Part shown: positions 16,855 to 26,366 of the stretch, piece after piece
How the letters are laid out: each line of letters begins with the position of its first letter
Numbering within the stretch: the first letter of the stretch is position 1
IMG/VR virus record: IMGVR_UViG_3300033076_001343
Span: 8,271-72,270 of that record
Direction: 5' to 3' (one strand)
Length of the DNA stretch: 64,000 bases
DNA from: a virus
Translations under genes and position numbers: made by a program
The notes under the pieces: model-generated
What the model was told of the DNA's origin: nothing
Database searches by the model: none
Seen by the model: only the letters and a program-made list of their open reading frames with translations

Positions 16855-17391
16855 ATGAAAAAAATCGTCGGTATATTAATGTTTTTGGTTCTCCTAACTG
16901 GTTGTGAGAAATACGTTGTTGAAAAAAGTGACATCACGTTAAGTGGTAAGTATGTAGTCTCAAAATTACATATCGTAAATGTTGACCAAAATCAAACGCC
17001 AGATTCATTATATCTTTTGGGTTCGACATATATCAACGATAAGTTACCGAAACCATTCGATTCAATTGTAATTGATGACTTTTACTTACACATGGATTAT
17101 TCAACCATGAGACTCAATCTATTGGGAGTGTCTCCAACAGGTCAGGACATTTGGGAATATGGAAATTCTCCTGATGAAATTTTTTATAGAATTCTTGGTA
17201 ATAACTCTTATAGTAATGGATACATTCAATTTACTTACATTACCTCAACAGGAGCTTCAGCAACAATGACGTTTTTAATCGAGGATGATGGTTTTGAATC
17301 TCTTCAACTTAAAAGTTCAGGAGCATGGTTTGAAAGTGAGATGGGTGAAAAACAAGTGATGACATTAAGTCTTACTCGAGTTGGACCTTAA
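16855..17391 (+). CDS. putative lipoprotein
   Basis: MKKIVGILMFLVLLTGCEK carries a lipobox L-T-G-C; TATCTTTG motif immediately upstream of the ATG. Confidence 0.6.
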   Translation: MKKIVGILMFLVLLTGCEKYVVEKSDITLSGKYVVSKLHIVNVDQNQTPDSLYLLGSTYINDKLPKPFDSIVIDDFYLHMDYSTMRLNLLGVSPTGQDIWEYGNSPDEIFYRILGNNSYSNGYIQFTYITSTGASATMTFLIEDDGFESLQLKSSGAWFESEMGEKQVMTLSLTRVGP

Positions 17392-17687
17392 TAATATTCA
17401 GGTTTAGGTAAAGACTTTGGATTTACTTCGTAGTATTCATTTAAGAATGAAATTAGAACATCTTCGTCTAATTCAAGTTGTAAGTCCATATAGTCATTTT
17501 CCTCGTCATCATCCTCAAAAAAATTGAAGTAGTCAGATTCTAAAACATAACCGTATTCTTCTGATATTGAATAATCAATATTGTCGGTTCTAAGAACATC
17601 ATCACTATCACTGATAGTTCTAAATGTCACTTCCAAAATGTTGGACTCAGCATTTAAGTAGTATGATACAATTTCTTTAATTTCCAT
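17388..17687 (-). CDS. acidic hypothetical protein
   Basis: 99-aa D/E-rich ORF. Confidence 0.45.
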   Translation of the reverse strand: MEIKEIVSYYLNAESNILEVTFRTISDSDDVLRTDNIDYSISEEYGYVLESDYFNFFEDDDEENDYMDLQLELDEDVLISFLNEYYEVNPKSLPKPEYY

Positions 17688-17805
17688 ATCTAAATTATAT
17701 ACTATGAAATATTACAAATCATGACAAAAGTCATGAATTTATTTAAAAACAACCATTTTTTTTTCAAAAGTAGTGGTCTATATTTAGTAGTATAAAATAT
17801 AATTT

Positions 17806-18387
17806 ATGAGAATCAACTCCTTAACAATCGATGATTTTTACGCAAACCCAATGGAGGTTAGAGAATTCGCACTTAAACAAGAATTTAAAGTCAGAGGTAA
17901 TTACCCAGGTCAAAGAACTGAACCATTTTTAACTGACAATACAAAACAAAAATTGAGGGAAATTCTTTATCCGTTTGCGGGTGAAATCACATGGTGGGGT
18001 GGAGAGTATACAGGTTCATTCCAATATACTACCTCAGCTGACAGGTCTTGGATTCATGCCGATTCAACTACTGATTGGGCCGCGGTATGTTATTTAACCC
18101 CTGATGCACCATTATCCGCAGGTACAGGTTTATTTAAACATAAAGAAACTGGTTGGTCTAATTTTGATTATAAAAGAGAAAATGACCCTGAATATATGAA
18201 AGGAGCTCCTCCAGGTCATGACATGCAAGATTACACTAAATGGGAAATGGTTGACCGTGTTGGGAATGTGTTCAACAGATTAATTATGTATCGTGCAGAT
18301 AACTATCACGTATCTTTAGATTATTTTGGTAAGGACATGTATGATGGTCGACTATTTCAAGTATTCTTTTTCAATACTGAACGTTAA
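17806..18387 (+). CDS. 2OG-Fe(II) oxygenase-like protein
   Basis: WIHADS...AAVCYLTPDAPLSAGTGLF...YRADNYH resembles the P4H-type HxD...YLN...GG.T.F...H arrangement. Confidence 0.5.
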   Translation: MRINSLTIDDFYANPMEVREFALKQEFKVRGNYPGQRTEPFLTDNTKQKLREILYPFAGEITWWGGEYTGSFQYTTSADRSWIHADSTTDWAAVCYLTPDAPLSAGTGLFKHKETGWSNFDYKRENDPEYMKGAPPGHDMQDYTKWEMVDRVGNVFNRLIMYRADNYHVSLDYFGKDMYDGRLFQVFFFNTER

Positions 18388-18803
18388 TCTAATTTAGCGT
18401 TCAGTACTATTTCAGGATTTAAGTCATATAATAAATCCGTAATTCCTTCAGGGCAAATACAAAAACCGTTATAGGTTGCGTTAACTAATCTCCTACGATT
18501 AAAAGTTAACATAATAGGTTTAATCATATCAGTATCTTTAATTCTCAAGTCATTTAACGGAGCACCTAAAGCATCTAAAAAATCCATACTATCTTGTATA
18601 TAGGATTCAAAATAAGGGACATCAAAAGACTCTAAAAAATATTTCAAATAATTACCATATTCAATATCTTTCTGACTCTCATCAAATATGGTACGCATCG
18701 AATAACACATACCTTCACCCTTCCAAATAAAGTTCCAAAGATAGTAGTCGTATTTTATACTAATTTTTTCGAAGTCCTGAACAAGAATCTGCTCTCTAAC
18801 CAT
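18384..18803 (-). CDS. hypothetical protein
   Basis: 139-aa ORF. Confidence 0.45.
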   Translation of the reverse strand: MVREQILVQDFEKISIKYDYYLWNFIWKGEGMCYSMRTIFDESQKDIEYGNYLKYFLESFDVPYFESYIQDSMDFLDALGAPLNDLRIKDTDMIKPIMLTFNRRRLVNATYNGFCICPEGITDLLYDLNPEIVLNAKLD

Positions 18804-18804
18804 A

Positions 18805-19392
18805 TTATCTTAAATTTGCCCCACAAAGCCAAGTAACCAAAGAAGTTCTTGTTCCTGAACTTAATGGGGTTACTCTATGTAATAAGAATGACGGAAAGAA
18901 ACACAATAAACCTTTAGATTTAGGGACCGTTAATATACTACCACCAACATTCATTTGTAAGTCGCCACCAACATATTCGCTCGGGTCCGATAATTGTAAT
19001 ACTACCGATAATTTTCTATTTGACAATCCAGGACCTAAATCTAAATGCCAATCATAATGACCTCCATCACCATAATATGTGGTATATTGTAATGAATCGT
19101 GGTATCCCCAAATGTCAAAATTCCACATCTCTCTATTTGCAGTTTTGGCATAATCCGCAATTTTAGAATATAACCAATCACTTTCATTACTTTCACCAAT
19201 CCAAGCAATATCACTAATTCTATAATCTGTGACATCACCATCTTTTCCTACCGACGCCTTTTCCTTAGATAATGAATCCCCTAATTGTTTTATTTTATTA
19301 ATCTCTTCTTCAGAGAATGCATTCTCAAAATAATAGTAATTTAAATGATTTACATTATTTCTTTGTTCAGGTAAAAAATATTTTGATGACAT
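18805..19392 (-). CDS. 2OG-Fe(II) oxygenase (prolyl-4-hydroxylase-like)
   Basis: HLDLGPG (HxD)...RKLSVVLQLSDPSEYVGGDL...FFPSFLLHRVTPLSSGTRTSL (second His and R-x-S). Confidence 0.75.
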   Translation of the reverse strand: MSSKYFLPEQRNNVNHLNYYYFENAFSEEEINKIKQLGDSLSKEKASVGKDGDVTDYRISDIAWIGESNESDWLYSKIADYAKTANREMWNFDIWGYHDSLQYTTYYGDGGHYDWHLDLGPGLSNRKLSVVLQLSDPSEYVGGDLQMNVGGSILTVPKSKGLLCFFPSFLLHRVTPLSSGTRTSLVTWLCGANLR

Positions 19393-19446
19393 TTTAATAT
19401 AATTTGTTATTATAAGTATAGTTGAAATGGGTTAGTATTTCAATAT

Positions 19447-20466
19447 TTGATTATGGTAAAAAAAATTAAATTCTTTGACTCAATAATATTCAGTGGTGAT
19501 GTTGAATTTTTGAAATTCAGATTGACTGAATTAGACCCTTACGTTGATTATTTTATCATTGCTGATTTCAACCATGTGGATAGTGATTTATCGTTCACTA
19601 AAAACAAACATTTATTTGAAATATGGGATGATAAAATTTCTCATTTATCTGTTACTGATACTACATTTTTAAATGACATTAAGAAACAATTTATCAGTTT
19701 AAAACCAAATTTTGAGGATGTTCTAATGATATCTCAAGTTAATGAATTACCCGATTTTAATGATGTAAACGAATTTTTAAATAAACTTAAATTTGATTCA
19801 TTAATGTTAGAACACACTAATTTTATTTGGAGTAAAGATTACATTGATAACGATTTACATAGGGGTACTTTAATGTTTTCGTTTAGTTTAATTTTAAGAC
19901 AAAATAATATAATTAAAACAATATTTGATAGGCGATTTAGTCCTACAATTTACAAAGATACAATTTTTAAAAACGGATGGAGGTTTTCAAATTTTGGGTA
20001 CGATGAAAATCACAAATATCAAATAAATGAATTACTACCTCCAACAGAAATCAATCCAATATCAACTTATAGGTTAATCAAACATAACAATAAAATCCCA
20101 CTACCTAAAAACATACACTTATTACCTTATTTTAAAATAGGACGTGATGAGATTAAAAAACATTTGTTTTTGGTTGAGTCGGATTTGGAGTTTGTTAATC
20201 AAGATTATTACGATACAATCACAATAATTAATTTTAATTCAAATCTCCAAGAAATTTTATGTGAAAAGATTTCAGACAAAATAACAAAAAGTGTGTTATA
20301 TCTACCAAGTAAAGTGTTGTATGGTGACCCTGAAACATTTCAGGACGAATACATGATGAATGAAACTAAACGAATGTTCTCTGTTGTGTTTCCACAAGAA
20401 CAAGATATTATTGAGGTAATCTTTAAAAATGAAAAACCCCTCGTTTTGGGAGGGGTTTCAAATTAA
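19447..20466 (+). CDS. GT17-like glycosyltransferase (putative)
   Basis: N-terminus KIKFFDSIIFSGDVEFLKFRLTELDPYVDYFIIAD resembles the Glyco_transf_17 signature (FNEldlLelRl.eL...vD.FvIvE). Confidence 0.5.
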   Translation: MIMVKKIKFFDSIIFSGDVEFLKFRLTELDPYVDYFIIADFNHVDSDLSFTKNKHLFEIWDDKISHLSVTDTTFLNDIKKQFISLKPNFEDVLMISQVNELPDFNDVNEFLNKLKFDSLMLEHTNFIWSKDYIDNDLHRGTLMFSFSLILRQNNIIKTIFDRRFSPTIYKDTIFKNGWRFSNFGYDENHKYQINELLPPTEINPISTYRLIKHNNKIPLPKNIHLLPYFKIGRDEIKKHLFLVESDLEFVNQDYYDTITIINFNSNLQEILCEKISDKITKSVLYLPSKVLYGDPETFQDEYMMNETKRMFSVVFPQEQDIIEVIFKNEKPLVLGGVSN

Positions 20467-21782
20467 TTGTATTTGTTAAATCTGTTGAACATTTCCATGA
20501 TTCGAGTTCTTTGATTGTTGAATGATTCTTTCAAATCTTCATCAACTTCTTCAAACTCATCTTCTGTTGAGGTAAACTCTTCGTCCTCCTCGTCTAATTC
20601 ACTTTCGTATGAGAATTCTTGGTATGGTCCACCTTTACCTGGTCCATCACTTGTGAAATTATAAGCTCTGTCCATGTCACCGTAGATTCCTTGAACTCCT
20701 GAAATGTCAGGTTGTTCTTCAAGTTCTTCGTCCGCCCAAGCAGATTCCATTTCATCATACTCATACATTTTTTCAGGGTCGTATGAATACATGTCATCCT
20801 CATTAACAGGATATACATCACCAGGACCATCAGATTGGAAATTGTATGCTGGTTCTACATCAGACACATCCATATCATCAGCATCGTACTCAAACATTTC
20901 CATTTCTTCTTCATCCTCAATATCTTCAAGATAATCCTCAATTGATTTTGACCCCATTAAATGTCCTGTATCACCTTGTCTAAAAGAATACATTGGATTT
21001 CCACTCTCATAATGGTGTTCTGAATCAAACTCAAGTTCATGTGGGTCTCCAAGAGGGTTATTATATCTATATTTTTTACCTTTAACTAATTCATGAGTAC
21101 CAAGTTCGTCTAATTCACCATCAGTTACTTCTGAAGAATTAATATCTTCAAACCCATCATCTTCGTTATCAGGGTCATCAACACCATCTTCGGTATAAGA
21201 TGATTCATAATCTTCAAAGTCATCATCATCTTGTTCTTTATAAAGGTTCTTGTGCATTCCTTCAAAAGTGTCATCATCGTTTGATGAACCTTCAATATAA
21301 TCAAAACCTGCGGTTGGGTTTAAATCTTCTTCATGGTAGATATCGTCAAGATGACCAGTACCTTCTTCCATATAGGAACTACCACATTCATTACAAACAC
21401 CTTCATACATAGTTCCACCACATTCACACATTTCTGAACCTTCAGTCATTTCTTCTTCCATGTGTCCGTAATTACATTCAGTACACATACCGTCCATAAT
21501 CATGGAACCACACTCATCACAAACTTCTTTGGTTTCAACTTGTTCGTTAATTCCCATGTTAGTGTATCTTTTTACCTCACCTTTATTGTTAACGACCATA
21601 CCTTCTTTATCCCCAGCAAAGTCGTATACTGTTAATGGTTGAGTGTTAGATACCTGTGGTTGCATTGTTTGGTATCCATTATATAAACTTTTATGTTGGT
21701 TCAAAATATCTTGTTTTTCATTTGCAGATAATTGACCTAGTCCGAAATATCCTCTCATAGTTTTTTTATTTATAAATACCAC
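20463..21782 (-). CDS. extremely acidic protein with tandem CxxC zinc-ribbon motifs
   Basis: CDECGS..CTECNY and CECGG..CNECGS pairs near the N-terminus, then long D/E/Y-rich low-complexity sequence with repeated NF(T/Q)SDGPG. Start is possibly the Met at about 21758, which is preceded by GGTATTTATAAATA. Confidence 0.6.
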   Translation of the reverse strand: MVFINKKTMRGYFGLGQLSANEKQDILNQHKSLYNGYQTMQPQVSNTQPLTVYDFAGDKEGMVVNNKGEVKRYTNMGINEQVETKEVCDECGSMIMDGMCTECNYGHMEEEMTEGSEMCECGGTMYEGVCNECGSSYMEEGTGHLDDIYHEEDLNPTAGFDYIEGSSNDDDTFEGMHKNLYKEQDDDDFEDYESSYTEDGVDDPDNEDDGFEDINSSEVTDGELDELGTHELVKGKKYRYNNPLGDPHELEFDSEHHYESGNPMYSFRQGDTGHLMGSKSIEDYLEDIEDEEEMEMFEYDADDMDVSDVEPAYNFQSDGPGDVYPVNEDDMYSYDPEKMYEYDEMESAWADEELEEQPDISGVQGIYGDMDRAYNFTSDGPGKGGPYQEFSYESELDEEDEEFTSTEDEFEEVDEDLKESFNNQRTRIMEMFNRFNKYN

Positions 21783-21833
21783 TAAAAACTCAATTTATTT
21801 GACCTAACCAAAAATAACGGTTATGATTACGGT

Positions 21834-22091
21834 ATGGGTACAATTGAAGAATACAATATACACGAGTTTGCCGAGGGGGCAATCATTTTGGATGGTTTGG
21901 ACGAAGCTATTGTTGGTATTACTGAAGAGTTTGGTAATGGTCGTAGAATACTTTATTCCAAAGATAAAATATTAGATATATTAATGAAACGTGACTCAAT
22001 GACTCACTCCGAGGCTGAAGAGTTTTATGACTATAATATTTTGGGATTATATGCTGGAGAACAAAATCCAGTTTTTTTGGTAACAGAATAA
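21834..22091 (+). CDS. hypothetical protein
   Basis: 85-aa ORF. Confidence 0.4.
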   Translation: MGTIEEYNIHEFAEGAIILDGLDEAIVGITEEFGNGRRILYSKDKILDILMKRDSMTHSEAEEFYDYNILGLYAGEQNPVFLVTE

Positions 22092-22127
22092 TTTGTATAT
22101 TTGTTGAATAATTAAACCTATTCAACT

Positions 22128-22625
22128 ATGAACATCTTTTTTCTTGATAACGATATCAAAAAATGTGCACAATATCACTGTGACAAACACGTGGTAAAAA
22201 TGATTTTGGAAACCGCTCAACTCCTATGTGGTGTTCATCATATGACCCCCCAAGTCGCCCCCCAAGTCCCATACAAATTGTCTCACAAAAATCACCCTTG
22301 TGCCATTTGGGCTCGTGAGTCATTAACCAACTATTTGGTATTGTGTGAACTTGGTTTGGAGTTATGTCTTGAATACACTTATCGTTATGGTAAAAGACAT
22401 AAGTCTCAAGATGTAATTGAATGGTGTGTCATCAATAAGCCAAGTATTCAGGACATTGGTCATACCGAACCTCCAAAGGCAATGCCTGATGAATACAAAG
22501 TGGATTCTGTGGTAGAATCCTATAGAAATTACTACAGAGGTGCAAAATCATCCTTTGCAGTTTGGAAAAATAGAGAAAAACCTTTTTGGTTTGAAGAAAA
22601 AGTATTAGATTTGCAGTATGATTAA
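22128..22625 (+). CDS. conserved hypothetical protein (FLDNDIKKCAQYHCDKHVVKMILETAQLL)
   Basis: 165-aa ORF; TATATTTG motif upstream. Confidence 0.5.
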   Translation: MNIFFLDNDIKKCAQYHCDKHVVKMILETAQLLCGVHHMTPQVAPQVPYKLSHKNHPCAIWARESLTNYLVLCELGLELCLEYTYRYGKRHKSQDVIEWCVINKPSIQDIGHTEPPKAMPDEYKVDSVVESYRNYYRGAKSSFAVWKNREKPFWFEEKVLDLQYD

Positions 22626-23280
22626 AATTGATAAAGACTTTAAAGGAAATGTGTGGATTTTTTCTGACCCACATTATAACCACAAAAACATCTGTCGTGG
22701 TACAACTAATTGGCGTTTACCAAATGGTGAAATTCCAATCGAGCAAACTCGTGATTTTCCTGACTTGAGTAAAATGAATGCCACAATCGTGAATAACATC
22801 AACGAGAATGTGATGCAAGATGATATCTTGATTTGTCTTGGTGATTGGTCTTTTGGTGGGTTCGAATCTATCAAAGAGTTTTGGGACCGAATAGTTTGTA
22901 AAAACATTCACTTGGTTCTTGGAAACCACGACCACCACATCGAGAACAACCGACAAGGGTGTCAGGGTTACTTCTTGAGTGTTTCTCACTACAACACTCT
23001 AAAAATTGGAGAGCATACCTTCAGATTGATGCACTACCCAATCAGTTCTTGGGATGGACTGAATAAAGGTGTGATGCACCTTCACGGTCACTGTCACTTA
23101 CCAACAAACTTACGTTTTGGTAAAGGACAACGAATGGATGTTGGAATGGACGGTCACCCTGAGTTTCGACCATACAATATTCTACGTGAAGTAGTTCCAA
23201 TGTTGAAAAAACGACCAATTACATCTGAAATGGATAATGACCACCACACAGATGAAATTCAAAACAAAGACCAAGGATGA
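22618..23280 (+). CDS. calcineurin-like metallophosphoesterase
   Basis: Motifs DPHYN (DxH), GDWSFGG (GD), GNHDHH (GNHD/E), HLHGHCH (GHxH). Confidence 0.85.
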   Translation: MIKIDKDFKGNVWIFSDPHYNHKNICRGTTNWRLPNGEIPIEQTRDFPDLSKMNATIVNNINENVMQDDILICLGDWSFGGFESIKEFWDRIVCKNIHLVLGNHDHHIENNRQGCQGYFLSVSHYNTLKIGEHTFRLMHYPISSWDGLNKGVMHLHGHCHLPTNLRFGKGQRMDVGMDGHPEFRPYNILREVVPMLKKRPITSEMDNDHHTDEIQNKDQG

Positions 23281-23615
23281 TTAAAATTGAATATTATTAT
23301 AAACAACCAAAACAAGAATACTTTGACGAGGTAAAATCGGCATGTATTAAGGCTTGGGGTTTGTTTGATGACCAATTTGGTTATGCGACCGAAAAGATTA
23401 ATAGTATCAAGGATTTGGAGAACAATGCAACAAATTACATGATGATGATTAAAATGTTTCATGTATTAAATTGGGAAATTCTCGCAGAAATGTTATCTTT
23501 GGAGACAAGAAACGATATCAGTATTAGATTGAATGCTGGTGTTGAACATTGTGAAACAGATTTCTTTAGTATTTGGGGAAAAAACGAAGCACAAGAAAAA
23601 TATGGCTACTTGTAA
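23277..23615 (+). CDS. hypothetical protein
   Basis: 112-aa ORF; shares its first 14 nt (ATGATTAAAATTGA) with the preceding gene. Confidence 0.45.
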   Translation: MIKIEYYYKQPKQEYFDEVKSACIKAWGLFDDQFGYATEKINSIKDLENNATNYMMMIKMFHVLNWEILAEMLSLETRNDISIRLNAGVEHCETDFFSIWGKNEAQEKYGYL

Positions 23616-23790
23616 AGAGTGTCCTTGGAGGATAAAAAATAAGCACAACGAATCAATTGTGGGGTTTTCCAAACGAATGGATAAACCTCACAATTGTCAC
23701 ATGGTAAAAGGAGGAAAAGACCTTTGGAATGTGGAAGAAAAAACAAAATGTAAAGGAAGACAAGATTATGAAAAATCTATATTTAGTTAG
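23602..23790 (+). CDS. small Cys/His-rich protein (possible zinc finger)
   Basis: MATCKECPWRIKNKHN...HNCHM; start chosen at the internal Met of ORF 23533-23790. Confidence 0.35.
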   Translation: MATCKECPWRIKNKHNESIVGFSKRMDKPHNCHMVKGGKDLWNVEEKTKCKGRQDYEKSIFS

Positions 23791-24178
23791 AGGACTACCT
23801 GGTTCAGGTAAATCAACATTCGCAAGGTCGATAGCCAAATCGTATCAGATATTTGAGGCCGACCAGTATTTCATGAAAAAGGGAAAATATAATTTTGACC
23901 CAAAAAAATTAAAAGACGCTCATCATGATTGCAAACAAAGAGTTGCAAGAAGAATGAGAGAAAGTTTGTTTAATGATATTTTTTTCAGTAATATTGTGGT
24001 GTCAAATACATTCACTCAAGATTGGGAAATGAAGTTTTATCGTTGTATTGCAAAACGATACGGCTATAAAGTTCATACCATTATTGTTGAGAATAGACAC
24101 GGAGGAACTAACGTCCATGGAGTTCCCGAAGAAAAAGTACAAATCATGGAAGACCGATTTGAAATAAAATTAAAATAA
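23768..24178 (+). CDS. P-loop polynucleotide kinase-like protein (kinase domain only)
   Basis: Walker A GLPGSGKST at the N-terminus; size and fold class resemble the 5'-kinase domain of T4 Pnk/bacterial Pnkp. Confidence 0.7.
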   Translation: MKNLYLVRGLPGSGKSTFARSIAKSYQIFEADQYFMKKGKYNFDPKKLKDAHHDCKQRVARRMRESLFNDIFFSNIVVSNTFTQDWEMKFYRCIAKRYGYKVHTIIVENRHGGTNVHGVPEEKVQIMEDRFEIKLK

Positions 24179-24183
24179 AACAT

Positions 24184-24402
24184 ATGCAAACGTTAATATT
24201 CAACACAACAACAAAAGAAGTAACTCTATTAGAGGGTGCGAGAGGTAAATCAGGTATTCTTGAAAACTTTAAAAACATATCAACCGTAAAAATCGAAGAT
24301 GGTTTTTATCAGGTAATGCAAAAGACAAGTGAGGATACAAATTCATCCATCCCTGTGATGAGGGTACCAATTTCAAACACAAACATGATTATCGAAAAAT
24401 AA
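24184..24402 (+). CDS. hypothetical protein
   Basis: 72-aa ORF followed by a strong intrinsic terminator. Confidence 0.4.
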   Translation: MQTLIFNTTTKEVTLLEGARGKSGILENFKNISTVKIEDGFYQVMQKTSEDTNSSIPVMRVPISNTNMIIEK

Positions 24403-24409
24403 TCAACTA

Positions 24410-24442
24410 ATCCCCATCTTTTTTACAGGTGGGGATTTTTTA
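24410..24442 (+). terminator. intrinsic terminator between the kinase block and the RNA ligase
   Basis: TCCCCATC-TTTTTTACAG-GTGGGGA + T6. Confidence 0.6.
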
Positions 24443-24469
24443 TTGCCAAAAAATTCGTATCTTTGTCCC

Positions 24470-25525
24470 ATGAGCGAATTTCTATACACTTTGGAACAAT
24501 ACAGTCGAACTGGTCATCTGTTTAAACAGACCCACCGCACTTTACCATTGTCTATATGGAACTACACTCCTGAAGTACAATACGGTCAAAAGTGGGATAA
24601 TATAACCCTACAATGCCGTGGTTTAGTAACCGACGACAAAGGTAACGTTATATCTTACCCATTCAAGAAATTCTTCAACATCGAAGAACAAAAACACACT
24701 CCAACTGAAAGTTTCGAGGTTTACGAAAAAATGGATGGTTCGTTAGGTATGTTGTTCTTTTATGAAGGTAAATGGGTGGTTGCCACTCGTGGTTCATTCC
24801 ATTCTGACCAAGCAAACAAAGCAACAGAATTGTTAAATTCAAAATACAACTTGGAATCTTTACCTAAAGGTTATACCACTTTATTTGAAATCATCTACCC
24901 TGAAAACCGTATCGTGGTTGATTATGGTAATGAAGAAATGTTGGTTGTATTGGGTATGACTAACCGATTCAACGGTAAAGAGTTGGACTATGAATCAGTT
25001 GTTAATTTGGCAAGTGAATCAGGTATGCCAGTTGTTAAGAGATATGACGGTATCAAAGATTACAACTCATTAAAGGCTTTGGTTGATAATAACTCTGAAG
25101 GTTTTGTTGTCAAATTCTCTAACGGTGACCGAATGAAAATCAAAGGTGAAGAATATCTACGACTTCACAAGATAATGACCAACGTATCAACTACTGGTGT
25201 GTGGGAAATGTTATCTTCAGGTGGTGATATCAACGAACATTTGAAAGACGTTCCTGATGAATTCTACAATAAAGTACAGGAGTATGCAAAAACTTTACAG
25301 TACGGTTTTTATCAAGTATCAGAACAATGCGGTAAAGCTCACGACTATTTCCGTTATGGAAAATATGGTGACCGTGAAACTGAACCAACTAAAAAAGAAT
25401 ATGCGGAACACGTAATGAAAAATTCGCATCCACCATATCGTTCAGTAATGTTTGCAATGTGGGATGGTAAACCATATGATAAACTTATATGGAACCTACT
25501 TAAACCTGAATTCAAAAAATTGTAA
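24470..25525 (+). CDS. ATP-dependent RNA ligase
   Basis: Nucleotidyltransferase motif I KMDGS (KxDG) and motif IV EGFVVK. Start set at MSEFLYT, directly preceded by TATCTTTG. Confidence 0.75.
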   Translation: MSEFLYTLEQYSRTGHLFKQTHRTLPLSIWNYTPEVQYGQKWDNITLQCRGLVTDDKGNVISYPFKKFFNIEEQKHTPTESFEVYEKMDGSLGMLFFYEGKWVVATRGSFHSDQANKATELLNSKYNLESLPKGYTTLFEIIYPENRIVVDYGNEEMLVVLGMTNRFNGKELDYESVVNLASESGMPVVKRYDGIKDYNSLKALVDNNSEGFVVKFSNGDRMKIKGEEYLRLHKIMTNVSTTGVWEMLSSGGDINEHLKDVPDEFYNKVQEYAKTLQYGFYQVSEQCGKAHDYFRYGKYGDRETEPTKKEYAEHVMKNSHPPYRSVMFAMWDGKPYDKLIWNLLKPEFKKL

Positions 25526-25526
25526 T

Positions 25527-25772
25527 ATGGAACAAGTGTTTAAAGAAATTTACGAACAGAATATAGACCATAGCATGATTCTTGACAAAGAATCTGTTAT
25601 GGTTTGTATTGAAAAATCTTACGAGATTGGGAAAGAAGAATCTCAAGAAAAATATGACAAACTGAAAAGTGCGTTTGAAGATTTGCTGGAACTTTGGGGT
25701 GACTACGGGAAATACAATTCTTCCCGTAATCACATGGAAGAGGACTGGAGAAAGGAGGCAGGACTATCATGA
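25527..25772 (+). CDS. hypothetical protein
   Basis: Start moved to MEQVFKE to avoid overlap with the ligase. Confidence 0.4.
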   Translation: MEQVFKEIYEQNIDHSMILDKESVMVCIEKSYEIGKEESQEKYDKLKSAFEDLLELWGDYGKYNSSRNHMEEDWRKEAGLS

Positions 25773-25975
25773 CAAATGAAGAAAGAATCGAAGAACGATT
25801 GATGCACGCACATGAAAGGGGTTATTACCATAAGGTTATGACTAAAGTTAAAGAATTGATTAAAATAAACCCAAAGGCAAACCAATATGAATTGTACGAA
25901 ACGGTTTGTGACGAATATAAACAAGAATGGTTGAACGAAAATGAAAATGGAACTACTGAACACACACCCAATTAA
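25769..25975 (+). CDS. hypothetical protein
   Basis: 68-aa ORF. Confidence 0.4.
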   Translation: MTNEERIEERLMHAHERGYYHKVMTKVKELIKINPKANQYELYETVCDEYKQEWLNENENGTTEHTPN

Positions 25976-26366
25976 GAAATCTGATTTAGGATTTCATGGA
26001 AACCTTTTTGGTGGAAAGTTATTAGCTTGGATTGACGCCGCGGCTGCAGGTTACTCAATGCAGTTGTGTGATAGTCCAAGGATGGTAACAGTATCTATTG
26101 ATAAATGTTATTTTGAAAAACCCGCAAGAGAAGGTCAATTATTGAAAATTTACGGACACCCAAGTAAGTTGGGTAATACGTCCATAACTCTTTACATGGA
26201 GGCAAGAGCACATAATGTTTACACAGGAAATCAAGTTGTGGTCTTGAAAACAAACATAAGATTTGTTAGAATTGACGAGGAAGGGAATCCGATTCCGATT
26301 GGAGAAAAGGGTAGAAACCGAATCGAAAAACTAATCAATGATTTTAAAGAAAATAATGAAGGGTAA
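25941..26366 (+). CDS. hotdog-fold acyl-CoA thioesterase
   Basis: HGNLFGGKLLAWIDAAAAGYSM is typical of YbgC/4HBT-like thioesterases. Confidence 0.7.
   Translation: MKMELLNTHPIKKSDLGFHGNLFGGKLLAWIDAAAAGYSMQLCDSPRMVTVSIDKCYFEKPAREGQLLKIYGHPSKLGNTSITLYMEARAHNVYTGNQVVVLKTNIRFVRIDEEGNPIPIGEKGRNRIEKLINDFKENNEG

Noticed and set aside
22618-23300. Mimivirus-like AAAATTGA early-promoter octamer at 22624 and 23283
   Set aside because: Both copies lie inside the first codons of two adjacent genes (ATGATTAAAATTGA). Terminators here are bacterial-type, so this is probably a duplicated translational-coupling junction rather than a eukaryotic-virus promoter.
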